Positions 24,601 through 35,900 of a stretch of DNA of 64,000 nt are shown here, one piece after another. The position numbers and the translations under genes are program-made. Numbering within the stretch: the stretch's first letter is position 1; each line of letters starts with the position of its first letter. Location: assembly GCA_964187785.1 (NCBI GenBank), contig OZ076409.1, positions 67,892,001 to 67,956,000 on the forward strand, written 5' to 3'. The notes beneath the pieces are model-generated. The model had not been told where the DNA came from. It was given only the letters and a program-made list of their open reading frames with translations, and made no database searches. The stretch comes from Amphiscolops sp. MND2022. Taxonomy: Eukaryota.

Positions 24601-26543
24601 TCCCTCATGAAGCTTGAGAATGCAGAAAGGGATCGGCTGAGGCCCTGAGCAAGGCGACGATAAGCAAATGTTCTGCTTGCGAAATTGAAAGCAAGCATCT
24701 GGATAGATTGGTAATCTGCCATTTGAAGGCAGTGGTAAGCTTGAGAGCAGTCCAATTTGCAGAAAAGTTTTTTCCCTGCCATGTGTTGGGCTGCATCGGA
24801 TAATGTGCTTACCGGGTGGTTATTGTTGACATAATCTTCAGTGATGAGATTATTAATTTTCCGGAGGTCTACAAGGAGCCTAAGGCGCCCATTAGGTTTG
24901 CGCTGTGCAAAAATTGGGCTTGCTTATTTGGAAAATGGTAAGGTTGTTATTATACCATATTTATGTAGGAGCGCAAGTTCTACTGTGATGTCATCTTTGA
25001 GGTTAATGGGAGTCGGTAAACTTTGACTATAAGCTGGTCTGTCGTCATTTGGCGTTAATTTCACTTTGAACTCGCGGTTGATCCCTATATCAAAGCGATG
25101 TCTGGCGAAAATGTCGTGGAATTCGACCAGGATCTCTTCAATCTCTTGTCGTTCTTCTGAACTAAGTGTTGTATCTGTCCAGTCGAAATTTGAGAGGAAT
25201 GTTTTCCTGGATGTTTCATTATCATGTGGGTTCAGTTTTTCGAGTTCTTTTAACTCAAGGAGTTCGTTGTATATACGTTGTTGTATTGGAGTATATGTTG
25301 CGGGATCGCCTGGGTCTTCCGGGGTAGGAAACCAGTACGATTCTTGTTCAGAATTTGGTTGTGGTACTTTGAGGAGTTCGTTGATGTACACTTCCGTAGT
25401 TTCCTCTTGTTGTATCATGAAAGATAGTACTGGTGGGTCTACGGGTTGGATGTGTTTGATTTGTTCGGGGGTGAGAATTTTAAAGTCCGCTAGATGGGTG
25501 TCAAGGGTTATTGTATATGGCAATTCCGAAAAATTGATGATTTGATACCCGATAGCAATATTATTGACTGTGCTGAGTGATGCCGTAATAATAATACTAT
25601 CATGGTTTTCGAATTGTTGTGATGGGGTAACTATTCCGGTTGCATTATGATCCATCAAATGTGGCATTTTACTTACTATGACGAGTGTTTCACCTGGTCT
25701 TAGAGTATAGGTATTTTCTGCAAATAATGGTGTTGCTTGCCGTATTGCTGGTTGTGTGTCGGGTTTGAGTTGCATTGAGAGATAAGGAAACGTTAAGATT
25801 CCTTGTGTGACATCAAATATGGCATTGTTTCTACGAAGGAAACATAATCCGATTAAGGGGTTTGGTAGGTTTTTCATAATGATGAAGTTTTCTTTTAACA
25901 TGAAGTCTGCGACTTCGAATTCTAGTAATACTGTACCAATGGGGACTTCTAGTTGTCCATTTGCCACCATAATTTGGAAGTTTGGTGGAGGACCGGTTTC
26001 TTTAATTGCTTCATTTGCGAGCAGCTTGATTTTGTTGAGGTCTTGTTCGGAGATTGCACTTGTGAGAGCTCCAGTATCGATAAGACCATCAAGTGTCAGT
26101 TTTTCGAAGTCCATCGGTATGTAGTACATGTGTCGTTTTCGCTTCAATGTCAAAGAAGTTGAAATTGGGAGAAATGACACGTTTCGTTCTTTGTCAAATT
26201 GTATGTGTTCGGTGAGGTCTTCACTTAATAGAGGTTGTTTTTTATCATCGCAAGAAGTGTTTATGGTGACATAATTTTTAACGGGGGAATTGTGGTGAAT
26301 ATCGGGTTTTGAGTCAATTTCGGGGTGGGTTTGTTGTTTGATGAAGTAGTTGTCCGGTGAATCACGGAGGAGTTCGTCTTCAGTGTGGTAGTCGGTCAAT
26401 GATTGTTGAGAAGTTTCTGTTATCAGGTCTTTTTGGACGAGTGTTGCTTTTGTGGGTTTTGGGCTCAACTGATGCTGCCAGTCATCAGATGAGTTTGGTT
26501 TTTGTGGAGATTTTTTGTAAAGGCGTGGCGTTTCTAGTTTAAA
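21661..26543 (-). CDS. pol: pol (protease, dUTPase-like insert, RT, RNase H, integrase) with an in-frame TAA at 24924-24926 and a 1-nt frameshift near 21915
   Basis: LIDTGA protease; TTLPFSK*ASPIFAQRKPNGRLRLLVDLRKIN reads through the stop in frame; YVDD; RNase H SDAS...KE...TDN; integrase H-H-CQVC, QMD...TDLG...LLER, GPY motif. Confidence 0.92.
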
Positions 26544-28219
26544 TCCTTCGATGAGGATTGTTGAGATCGTTCTGATTTTGGTCTGATTGGTTTTTTGGCT
26601 TGTTTGTATTCTTCTATAATTTTCTTTTGTGCTTCTGTCAGGTTCCATTTCGGTGGGCGGTTTTCCATATTGGCTCCGAAGTAACAGTTTTCCTCATCGT
26701 GACCAGGTGTGTTACAGGTGTGGCATTTTTCCGCATCGGGGTCTTCCTCAAGTTTGCGCCGTTTAGCTAATTTGGAGCAGTCAGCCATCATGTGGCCTGT
26801 TTCCTTGCAGTAACGGCATTGATCATTCTTGAGGGTTTTGTCTGGTACTGTTTTTGGTGTTTGTTTTTTGGCTTTGTCATTTGGTTTTTTGTTAGTTTTT
26901 TCAGTGATTTGTTCTTTTTTTGTAACAGTCATTTGGGTTTTGACGAGAGGTTCGTCAGCCTCTAGACCATTAAGCTCCATTTCTCGTTCGAGATGCTCAA
27001 CAATTTGTTCGTAAGTGCCATTTTCAAGATAGGCTTGATTGATGAACTTTTTAAGATGGGGAGGCATTTTTGCGTAGAGTAGGTTCTCTATCATTTGGTG
27101 GGCGTTCTCCCCAAACGCTTTTTCAGCACTTTCTGGGAGTTCTTCTAAGAAATCCGGGAGTTTTTGGTGTTCTGGGTCAAATGAGAGTCTGTTGAATCTG
27201 TGTTTTGCAGAAGCACTGGACTCTGGTTTGACATATTTCCTGCGAAAGACTTTGAGTATGTCTTCTAGGGTTGTTGTTGGTGTCCTTTGTATGTTTTTAA
27301 ATGTTTTGAGGGCTAAACCTCTGAGGTGGGCATGAAAATGGTTAATCTTCATGTCCTCTGTTAGGTTTGGTTGCATTCGAAGTGTTGTGTGAAACAAGTC
27401 TTCGAAGTATTCGAATTTTTCATTTTTCTCATTTTTTCCATTGAAGGTGAGTGTATTTTTGGGATGAAATAGTGATGGTTGTGAATTTTTGTTCGCCAAT
27501 TTCTCTATTGCAATTGCAATTTGATTCACTGGGTCAGGTGGTTGTGTTGTCAAATTTGGTAAATTGAGGTCTGCGTGGGATCCAATGGTGTCGTTTGATT
27601 TTTGAGAACTTTGTCTATGGAGTTTTCGGTTGGCTCCTGTCACCATGTGATAATCTAGGCTCTCTGCATCAGACTCTTCGTCTGAATGGATAGTTACGTC
27701 TACATCAGATTCAGCTCGAAACAAAGGCTTTGCAGGATGTTTTAGATCCTTTATTCTAGATGCCTTAAGAGGAAAATCTTCGTCTTCAGTTTCTGAATTT
27801 TCATTGTTAGATGCGTGTACTCCTATAGACTTGTTTCCTTTGGATCCCGTAGGTTGCATGTTTCGTGTTTCATCATTTTCAGACCTTGGGTTTGTTGCTA
27901 TTGAAGCACTTTTATTTGATTTTATTTCTCTGAGAATGGTTTCAAGTTTGTTGTCCATTTCTTCTCTCATTTTCTCTATTCTATCGTTGTTCTTTTGTTC
28001 AAATATTTGGGTCCAAGCTTGAATCTCAGTGCTGATTTGACTGGGTTCGACTAATTGTTCTCCTATGTTGTTTTCACCTAAATTTTCTTGGACAACAGTA
28101 TCAGGATTAGTTAAAGTTATATTACCTGTATTTGGCGTTTCTACTTGGGTCCTTTCTACACTTCTCTCTGGGGAAGGAGTTTCTAGTCTCCTGGACCGTC
28201 TATTTCGTCTATTTCCCAT
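26534..28219 (-). CDS. gag: gag (561 aa) with two CCHC knuckles; starts inside the 5' LTR
   Basis: CRYCKETGHMMADC and CHTCNTPGHDEENC; capsid-like core FNGKNEKNEKFEYFEDLF; overlaps the pol frame. Confidence 0.9.
   Translation of the reverse strand: MGNRRNRRSRRLETPSPERSVERTQVETPNTGNITLTNPDTVVQENLGENNIGEQLVEPSQISTEIQAWTQIFEQKNNDRIEKMREEMDNKLETILREIKSNKSASIATNPRSENDETRNMQPTGSKGNKSIGVHASNNENSETEDEDFPLKASRIKDLKHPAKPLFRAESDVDVTIHSDEESDAESLDYHMVTGANRKLHRQSSQKSNDTIGSHADLNLPNLTTQPPDPVNQIAIAIEKLANKNSQPSLFHPKNTLTFNGKNEKNEKFEYFEDLFHTTLRMQPNLTEDMKINHFHAHLRGLALKTFKNIQRTPTTTLEDILKVFRRKYVKPESSASAKHRFNRLSFDPEHQKLPDFLEELPESAEKAFGENAHQMIENLLYAKMPPHLKKFINQAYLENGTYEQIVEHLEREMELNGLEADEPLVKTQMTVTKKEQITEKTNKKPNDKAKKQTPKTVPDKTLKNDQCRYCKETGHMMADCSKLAKRRKLEEDPDAEKCHTCNTPGHDEENCYFGANMENRPPKWNLTEAQKKIIEEYKQAKKPIRPKSERSQQSSSKDLN
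26537..26543 (-). other. -1 ribosomal frameshift slippery site U UUA AAC
   Basis: gag ends GAT TTA AAC TAG; pol continues in the -1 frame (GGA TTT AAA CTA GAA). Confidence 0.8.
27634..27645 (-). promoter_or_regulatory. Primer-binding site TGGTGACAGGAG (tRNA-Leu-like), within the gag coding sequence
   Basis: Directly abuts the CA end of the 5' LTR and begins with TGG; one mismatch from TGGTGTCAGGAG, the complement of a metazoan tRNA-Leu 3' end. Confidence 0.75.
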
Positions 28220-29168
28220 CTCGTCTCAAGTGAAAATGTTTTCTGGCTTTTGGGGAAGAATTTGAATTGACTTTAATATCTCAAAAGAACAAGATCGGAG
28301 AGTTTACAGTGATGAAATCGAAGAGGTTTACAATCATTTGAAAAGCAACTGCTTTTGGTGAAAGACAAATCTTGAATGAATTCTTCCAATTATTTTACAA
28401 AACGAAATATATTTAAAAATCATGACACCCCTTTTTATTAGAGTCATCATGAAAACCAGCACAAAAATAGAATTGCGTCAAATGACATCATATTATAAAA
28501 ATAGCACATTTACATGACATCATGGGAAGTGGTTATGGACAAGAAATTGCAAAACCCTGGAAAATATCTCAAAATAACTTCTAAATATGGCCGAAACACT
28601 TTCTAAATGCTATTAGAACGCGTCCTGGGATCTTTCAATAATTCCTGCGAGAACCGCATAATGACGTATAATCGTTCTTACTCGAACCGTAGGATGCCGC
28701 ATAATGTTATCATAAAAGACGTATAATGCCGTATATACATCTCACCTCAAAACGCATAATACCGCATAATGGTATTATCAAAACCGTATAGTGACGAGTA
28801 TACGTCACACCTTGATCCGCATAATACCGTATAATAGTACTATGCTAAAATGCAGATTATCACGATGATGATGATGATGAGTCAGAAACTTGCAAGTTAT
28901 ACTATTAGATGGCGAGATAACTCATTGTTTAATCAACATAAGGACTCTTAATGGGAAGACAGGGTTTGTTAGCACAACAATGAAAGTTCTTTCATGGCAA
29001 ATATAGTATAAATATCATATTTACATGACTTTCTAAAGAAAACAATGCACAAGAAAACACACTATCAACGGGTCCACATGAGTTCGAAAGAGTTTATTTA
29101 GGAGGTACCGTTGCTTGTTCCTTTCTAGAGTTGCACCACGGAGCCATCACATCTTGGTGGGTGTGACA
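27646..29168 (-). repeat. 5' LTR (1523 bp) of the large element
   Basis: Direct repeat of 12998-14525; flanked by the PBS internally and the TSD externally. Confidence 0.95.
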
Positions 29169-29909
29169 ACCTATTTCACCTACCACTACATATAACTTTT
29201 CATGATCTGTATGTTTTTCGTATCCAGGTCAACCCGGAAATTTTTTAATTTTTCCACGTTGTCCAATCTGTGCAAAAACACCGAAAAACATTCTCCCTAC
29301 TCAAATACAGCAGAATAAATACGGATCTATTTGAAATAGTTGTTTAGCTACATCAAAACTTTAAGATCGAAAGGAGTTCCTAAAACGTTCAAATATCGAC
29401 AATCGATGGTTTTCGCTACTTCATATCATGAATGTCATGTAAAGGTTTAGAATGGAACACTGTGTCAAGGATGTTCGTTCGACGTACTCTACCATGACAT
29501 ACATATTACACTTTCCGAAAATATTACTTTTTGTATTTTTTAAAACTCACTAAAGAAACTGGCTTTTCATTCCGTTTGGCATTTCTTGCAACTTATCCCG
29601 ATACTCTTTGCAGACCTTGCAATAGTTCGCAATGATAGATTCGATCATTCCTATCTGATTTTGAATGGCTTCTTATCCAGGTTTAGAAGTTTTTTTACGT
29701 GTTCCTTTGATTGTAAAATCTAAGGCACGCCTAGCTTCAAAACTTCCCTGCTCATAAATGGTATTTCGATGCCCAGCTCGAAAAACAATGCATATCTTTT
29801 ATAAAGGAGACGCACCTCATTACGCAATAAATCACGAGGCAAAAAAAACAATTAAAAATAGATTAGATTCTTTAAAAATAACTACGTAAGGTTAAAAAAT
29901 AAAACTGAT

Positions 29910-32900
29910 TCATCTTTCCATTTCTAAGTCTTCCACACTCAGTGGTGGTGGGGGATTCGCAAATTGTCGCAATAACATGGTCATATTATCTTCAAGTCGT
30001 TGACCCCTGTCGTCTATTTGAGATACTAGTGAAATTACTTGAGCAAATGATTGAGTCAACTGCTCGAACCGATTTTCCAGTGCTTCCATTCGATCTGTAA
30101 CATCAAAAAAACTGATACTATTACCAAAAGCAGAAATTTTTTATCATGATTCCAAACAAGACGCCCGCTGAGGAGCGGGATATTTTCCGCCCCGAACTGT
30201 TCTACAACTACATAAATTTGAGGCTCAAGAATAACTAATGCACTATAAAAACGCTGAGAAGTTCGAAGAAAAGAAAGCTTCGATTCATCTTGTCCATTTT
30301 TCTAATTCGCGGTGTCTCAAAAAATGGCAAAAATTGCATAAAAATGTTTAAAAATGAGAAATTTGGGAATTTTTGTCATTTTCGGGGTCATTTTGTCATT
30401 AAGGGGTCATTTTGTCATTAAGGGGTCATTTTCGTCATTTTCGTCATTTTTTAAAAAAACTTCAAAAATCTCTACAAATACATATCGCACGAAGCTAAAT
30501 TTATGTGGGTTGAATTCTATGGGTAACACCCTTAAATTTAAATATAAATAAAATCTTGGCAAATTTTGTAAAAAAAAAAACCCGTTTGATTTAAATATTT
30601 TCCTTTCCCATATGAAATATGGGCGGAAAATAATAAACACATTTGAATAGTTTTCTCAGCCGTTTAAATACTGATCATCTTGAAAATAAGCGAGTTTCTT
30701 CATCAGTCTTCGATTATTTCTAAGGTAAAAAAATTGTTCGGCAATTGGCTTTTGAAGCAAAATAGAAGGTTAGAGTTCGATTAGTTTGATACGTACTTAT
30801 GACGCTCCCGTTCTCTTCTCGGATTCCAGTGAGCTCTCGTTCCATTAGCTGTTTCGACTCCTCGTAAAAGTCTTTTGAAGTACTCGAAGCGTTCTTCTGG
30901 TCCGTTAAGTTAAGTCTAATATCCATCAATTCACCTAAACAAAATTTAGAAATTTTTTTCGCTTGAAGATCAGATTCCCAAATCAAGGATCTTAAGTTAT
31001 CATGAACCAAAAAGACTCCCAAATGATCCTTATTTTTTTTGGTCACGAAGTATCGCGAAAATAAGAAAATGCAGAACTCCATTCATTATAGATTAAGAAG
31101 ATGAAGTTCGAAACAATGGGCAAATTTCAAACAGTTCGAGATTTTTCTCAGAGACAGTTTTACAGAAACTTTGACATACGGACCTTGGATCTGAGATGCA
31201 GTTCGGTCGATAGTCACTGATTTTCCTTCGATCTTTCTCACTCTCTCTTCAATGTTTTCTTGCAGCCTCCTATCAGTCAAACTAGCATACTCTTTGGCCC
31301 TAAAAACGATTGCCTTTGAAACATTTCTTGCAGTACGTTGTTCAAAAATTCTATTGATTTTCAAACCTGATTAGACACAAATAATAATAGAATTTGGAAT
31401 ACTAAAATCAAATTTAAAAAAATCCGATTATATAGTATATGCAGCTGAATGTCTCACATTTCTTAGAGCTCCGGTTTTGGCAATTACCAAGAAAAAACAT
31501 AAAATATTCTCCAGCCTCACCGGATATCTTCCCATTTCTCCAACTTTTTCGCGTCTTTCGGCTCTTCGGTGAGTCGTTTCATTTTGGGAGTCTCTCTTCG
31601 CTTCAGCATATTTCCGAATGTGTACAAGTGAGAGAAGATGATGAACGGGGGAGGCAACCACGGTCTAAAATTTGGACTGTTTCATCAATCCAGGATACGA
31701 AAAAAAAACATTTTCAATTTCTGAAAAAAATTCCCCAAGTTTGCTTAGTTTTTATTTTTTCTGGGTTCACTATATAGTTTTACTTTTTTAAAAAAGATTC
31801 CAGTGTTGTAGAGGGATGTATTTTGTTCCGGAGCGAAAATGATCTCGCCATCCCGACTGACCGGGTTCATTATTGCCACGGGGACTACCCATGACTGAAT
31901 ATGGAATAATTTTCTTTATTTGAGGCGCGAAAATTTCCGCATTTACGCATAATAACGCTTTTTTAGTTATAAATGCTTGAAATGTTTCACTTTTATAGTT
32001 TACAGCGTAATATTTCATAATAATTTAGAACTTCATAACACAGTACGATCACAAAATTGGCACTATGTTTGGCTGAGATGATTTTCTGTACTTGCGACGA
32101 GTTTTGCCCGCAGAATTTCCGGTAATTTGCTTTTCGACAAGTTTTCCACCTTGTATTTTGGAACAGTTGTTTTTGACGAGTTTTCCTATACTCCTATCCC
32201 ATACAGTCAGTATACGCAACCAATTAGTAGATGAAACGAAAGTGTGTCACATTTGGTTTTGTTGGGAAAATCGCGATAACGCAAAATTTAGAACCTCCCA
32301 TATGGACCTGTCTTTTCCAGGAAAATTTTCAGAAATATTTAAGAATTCATAAAGTTCATTTCGAAACGACTCAAGAGTTCATTTTAGCTGTCTTGAAGAT
32401 TTTGCATGATTTCAAGGCGACTGAAACACAACATTTCGAGGAAAAATTGTGCATCTTTTAAGAGGGAATTCACTTTACGTATTTGGCTTTATGAACATTG
32501 ATTGCGATGAGCGAAATAGCTTTTTACACCATTTCCTTTGGTCCATTTTTTTTTCATTTCGTTCTCTGTCAAAAGATATCAACCAAATTTACCCAGTAAC
32601 ATGGTATGAACTGCAGACTCTCGTCTGAATTACAAAATCGTTTTTTGAAGTAACTTGCAGGTACTAGTTGATAATCACGATGTTTGCGAAGCATGAAACT
32701 ACGGTTGTTTGCATTCCTGGTACAAAACTTTCACAAAAACCAACCTGTTATAGAATTCTTTGATGACTTCAAAAACTTGAAATTTCCAGTAAATATTGGC
32801 TTGCTCGTTGACGGCATCATATCGGTTGTTGAAGATGGCGATCAACAGATTCAGAAGCAGAACATTCGTGAACAACATGTATAGTGCCTTTAGTACCACC

Positions 32901-35900
32901 GCAAAGATGCTCTTTTTCTCTGCTGGGCAATCTTCGTAGGGCCACAGAGCTTCAGACCCGTCTACGCAGTTGTCAAAATGTGTAGCTCCCACTTCTTCAA
33001 AATTGGGCTCTCCCAACATTTCAAAGTAGGGACGGAAGAAGATACCCCAAGGAATACTGAACGCAGGACTTTTCACTCCAGGGTATATCAAGGCTTGTAC
33101 TGCGATGCCGTATGCGAGGATGTACACTGAAACAATTTTGAACTCTGGGCATTTATGTTCAGCGAATCATCAAGAAGGTGAAATGTATAATCATGTAAGA
33201 CAGACATTCTTCGAATTCAAAACCAAAGTTTCAATGACTTTAGCTGTGTCTAAAAATCTTTTGTATCCCCAAATACGTATCTACCAACCAAACTTAAGTA
33301 AAAACTGACTTTTAACATTTTCAAAAATTCTATTCACTCGCAATGTCTATTGAAGCGGAACATGGTAAAAATTTCAAGATTTGTTTCATCTACATGAGAC
33401 AACTTCGATAGCTCCAACTTACCCAATGCAATGAACATGAAGAAGCTGAGGTCATTGATCATTTTAGCGATCATCACAATTTTGGGTCCCAGGTTGTTGT
33501 GCATGGAAAAGACACTTGTGAAACGGATGAAGAAGACAATCAACGACATCACATAGAACCCATGTGCCACGCTTAGTAGGTCTGAAACTCAGATCATTTT
33601 CTTGCGTGATAAGAAGAACCCGTCACATTATGGATCCCTAAGGTTCCAAAAAAAATTGGAAAAATGACTTCGAAAAAAAAACATTTAGTACTTTTATTTT
33701 AAAAAAACTAAAAGGTCATCCTCAACCTTTTGCAGCTTTAACATGAAAAATTTCATAGATGACATCGAAAACGAGAAAAAACAATAAAAATGCATCGAAT
33801 AACAAAAACGCTGTTTCAATTTTAAAAACTCATCCTCGAGCTGCTATTTACAATCAAATCAATATTCAAAAAGTTTTATGAAAAACAAAAATATGATTAT
33901 GCTCACCCCAAGATGGCTGGGTCCTCATAACCAATCCGGGCAGAAACGAGAGAAGTCCGATCCCATCCACTATATTCCATCTATTCTCCAAGAATATTTT
34001 CACTTTCTTCTGCAGAGTTGGCTCAACGATAATCATGAATTGTCTGACCTCCTCCACGGCCAGAGAAAAGAGCCAGAAAATTGTAACCAGTTCCACTATG
34101 TGAGGTGTTTCGTCCAAACCTAAAAACCAGGAGAGTCGTTCTGTTTCAACAAGTTCTTGAAAATTCGTGTTGAGAAATGAGCTATGAGATATTTTTTGCT
34201 CTGGTTGATTTTGAAGAAAAGATATTTTTAGGGCTCAAGCGTAGACGATACACAAGAAACCTTGCACATAATTTCTTCCACTTTGCGGGTTTTTTGGTTC
34301 ATTTTGAACACTTTTCACAGACAAAACGTTCCTGTTTTAAGAGGTATAAAAAGTAGCCAGAAGTTTGACGTTAAAGTCTGCGAATATTTAATTGTATTAG
34401 AAGTGCAACAAACTTCCAAACTTGAAAACTTTCAGCAGTTTCAAGCAAGTTCAGGGCATTTTACGATAGAAAATATTTCTGATTTCTCTTGTGAAAAACG
34501 TGAGGCCTAATTGTTGCAATTATCATGTTGAAAATCATGATGTTGAACATTCTCACCAAAGAATTGAATTCTCACTTTTCCCTGACGGATTTTTCCTTGC
34601 TATGAACGATAATTTTCTCGGTGATTCAATTGATGAATCACAAAACCAGAGCTACAGAAAAAACGTTCACTGATTCTATTTACACATCATTCGCTTCACT
34701 GATGCTTCACTTGAAAAAAAAAACAAGAAGTGGGACAACGATCTTGAAATTAGAAGTGATATTTCCCAGCTACTTCCGATCACGTTTTCTTGCATGATGA
34801 AATCAAATCAATTCAAAGACTATTCGTTTTCAAACGAAACCAATGCCGAGAAGCACAACTGGAAAAGCAAACGAGGTGGATCAAAACTGCGACTTTGAAA
34901 ATTGTCCAAAGTCTGATCTTTCAACCATTTTCTTCCAGGGAAAAGACGAAACGACAAAATTAGCTCAACGCAAGAAATTCCACGGCAAAACCTTTCGAAA
35001 CAATTTTTGCAACATAAAAACCACAAAAATGAAAAACTTTACGAAAAAGAGGTTCGAAGGACGCAATTTGAGGTTGAGAAACAAATTCAAGCAGCACTTT
35101 AAATCCAACCTTATTTCTCCATTAAAAGTAGACTGAGTAGTTGATTTTGTTTTTTGATCGGCGGTTTTCCTGAGACAAAAGTGCCTGACTAATGGAGTGG
35201 CTAGTTTGTTTTGTCACACCAAAAAATCACTCTGTATGGACACTAACGACAAGCAGTAACCTTCGCTTCTCCGTCTATAAAGATGGAGAAATCTATGACA
35301 TGAATATTTGCCCGGTACAGGCGCCCATAGCCATAAGATCATTTTGCCTCCTAGGTAAAACATGTCCCGTCAGATGATTCCACTTCTAAGAAGCACTTGC
35401 CGACCTATTCAAATCTGTCATTGCTATCAGCACCGAGCATCTTGCTTTTCCTCTCAGGATCACCGCGTAGACAGCCATTCAAAACGTGGGTGGTGGTGTG
35501 AACCATAAATTCTTCAATGACATCCCAGGAAAACGAGAATTTGTAGCTCACGAGCTAAGACATTAATTCACAGCATTATTGACTTTGGACGACAATGAGA
35601 AAGGGGACCATAGGCGTATTTAAGCAGAAAAACTAATTTTAGGCAACGATAACAATCAGTAGCATCATTTCAACGCAAATTTCCGTTTGAATTCTGTTTT
35701 GGCTTGATTAGCGTTTGGCTAATTGAGTCTTTTTTTTTGCTCAAATTTGGCGATATCTCTGTCTGCTTTTAGTACTTTCCGACGTGGCCTTTATGAATTC
35801 CGTTCTTTGCAAACCTTCAGCTGACATGGACACCATTCCCTGAAAATGAAACTTGTAGATGCTTGGGTTTCCGAGTATTTCAATTTCAAACATCACAAAC

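Larger units (their letters stand above)
12998..29168 (-). mobile_element. 16.2-kb Ty3/Gypsy LTR retrotransposon with accessory genes
   Basis: TG...CA termini; 5-bp TSD ACCTA (12993-12997, 29169-29173); two ~1.5-kb LTRs; PBS; gag and pol in PR-RT-RH-IN order on the minus strand. Confidence 0.95.
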
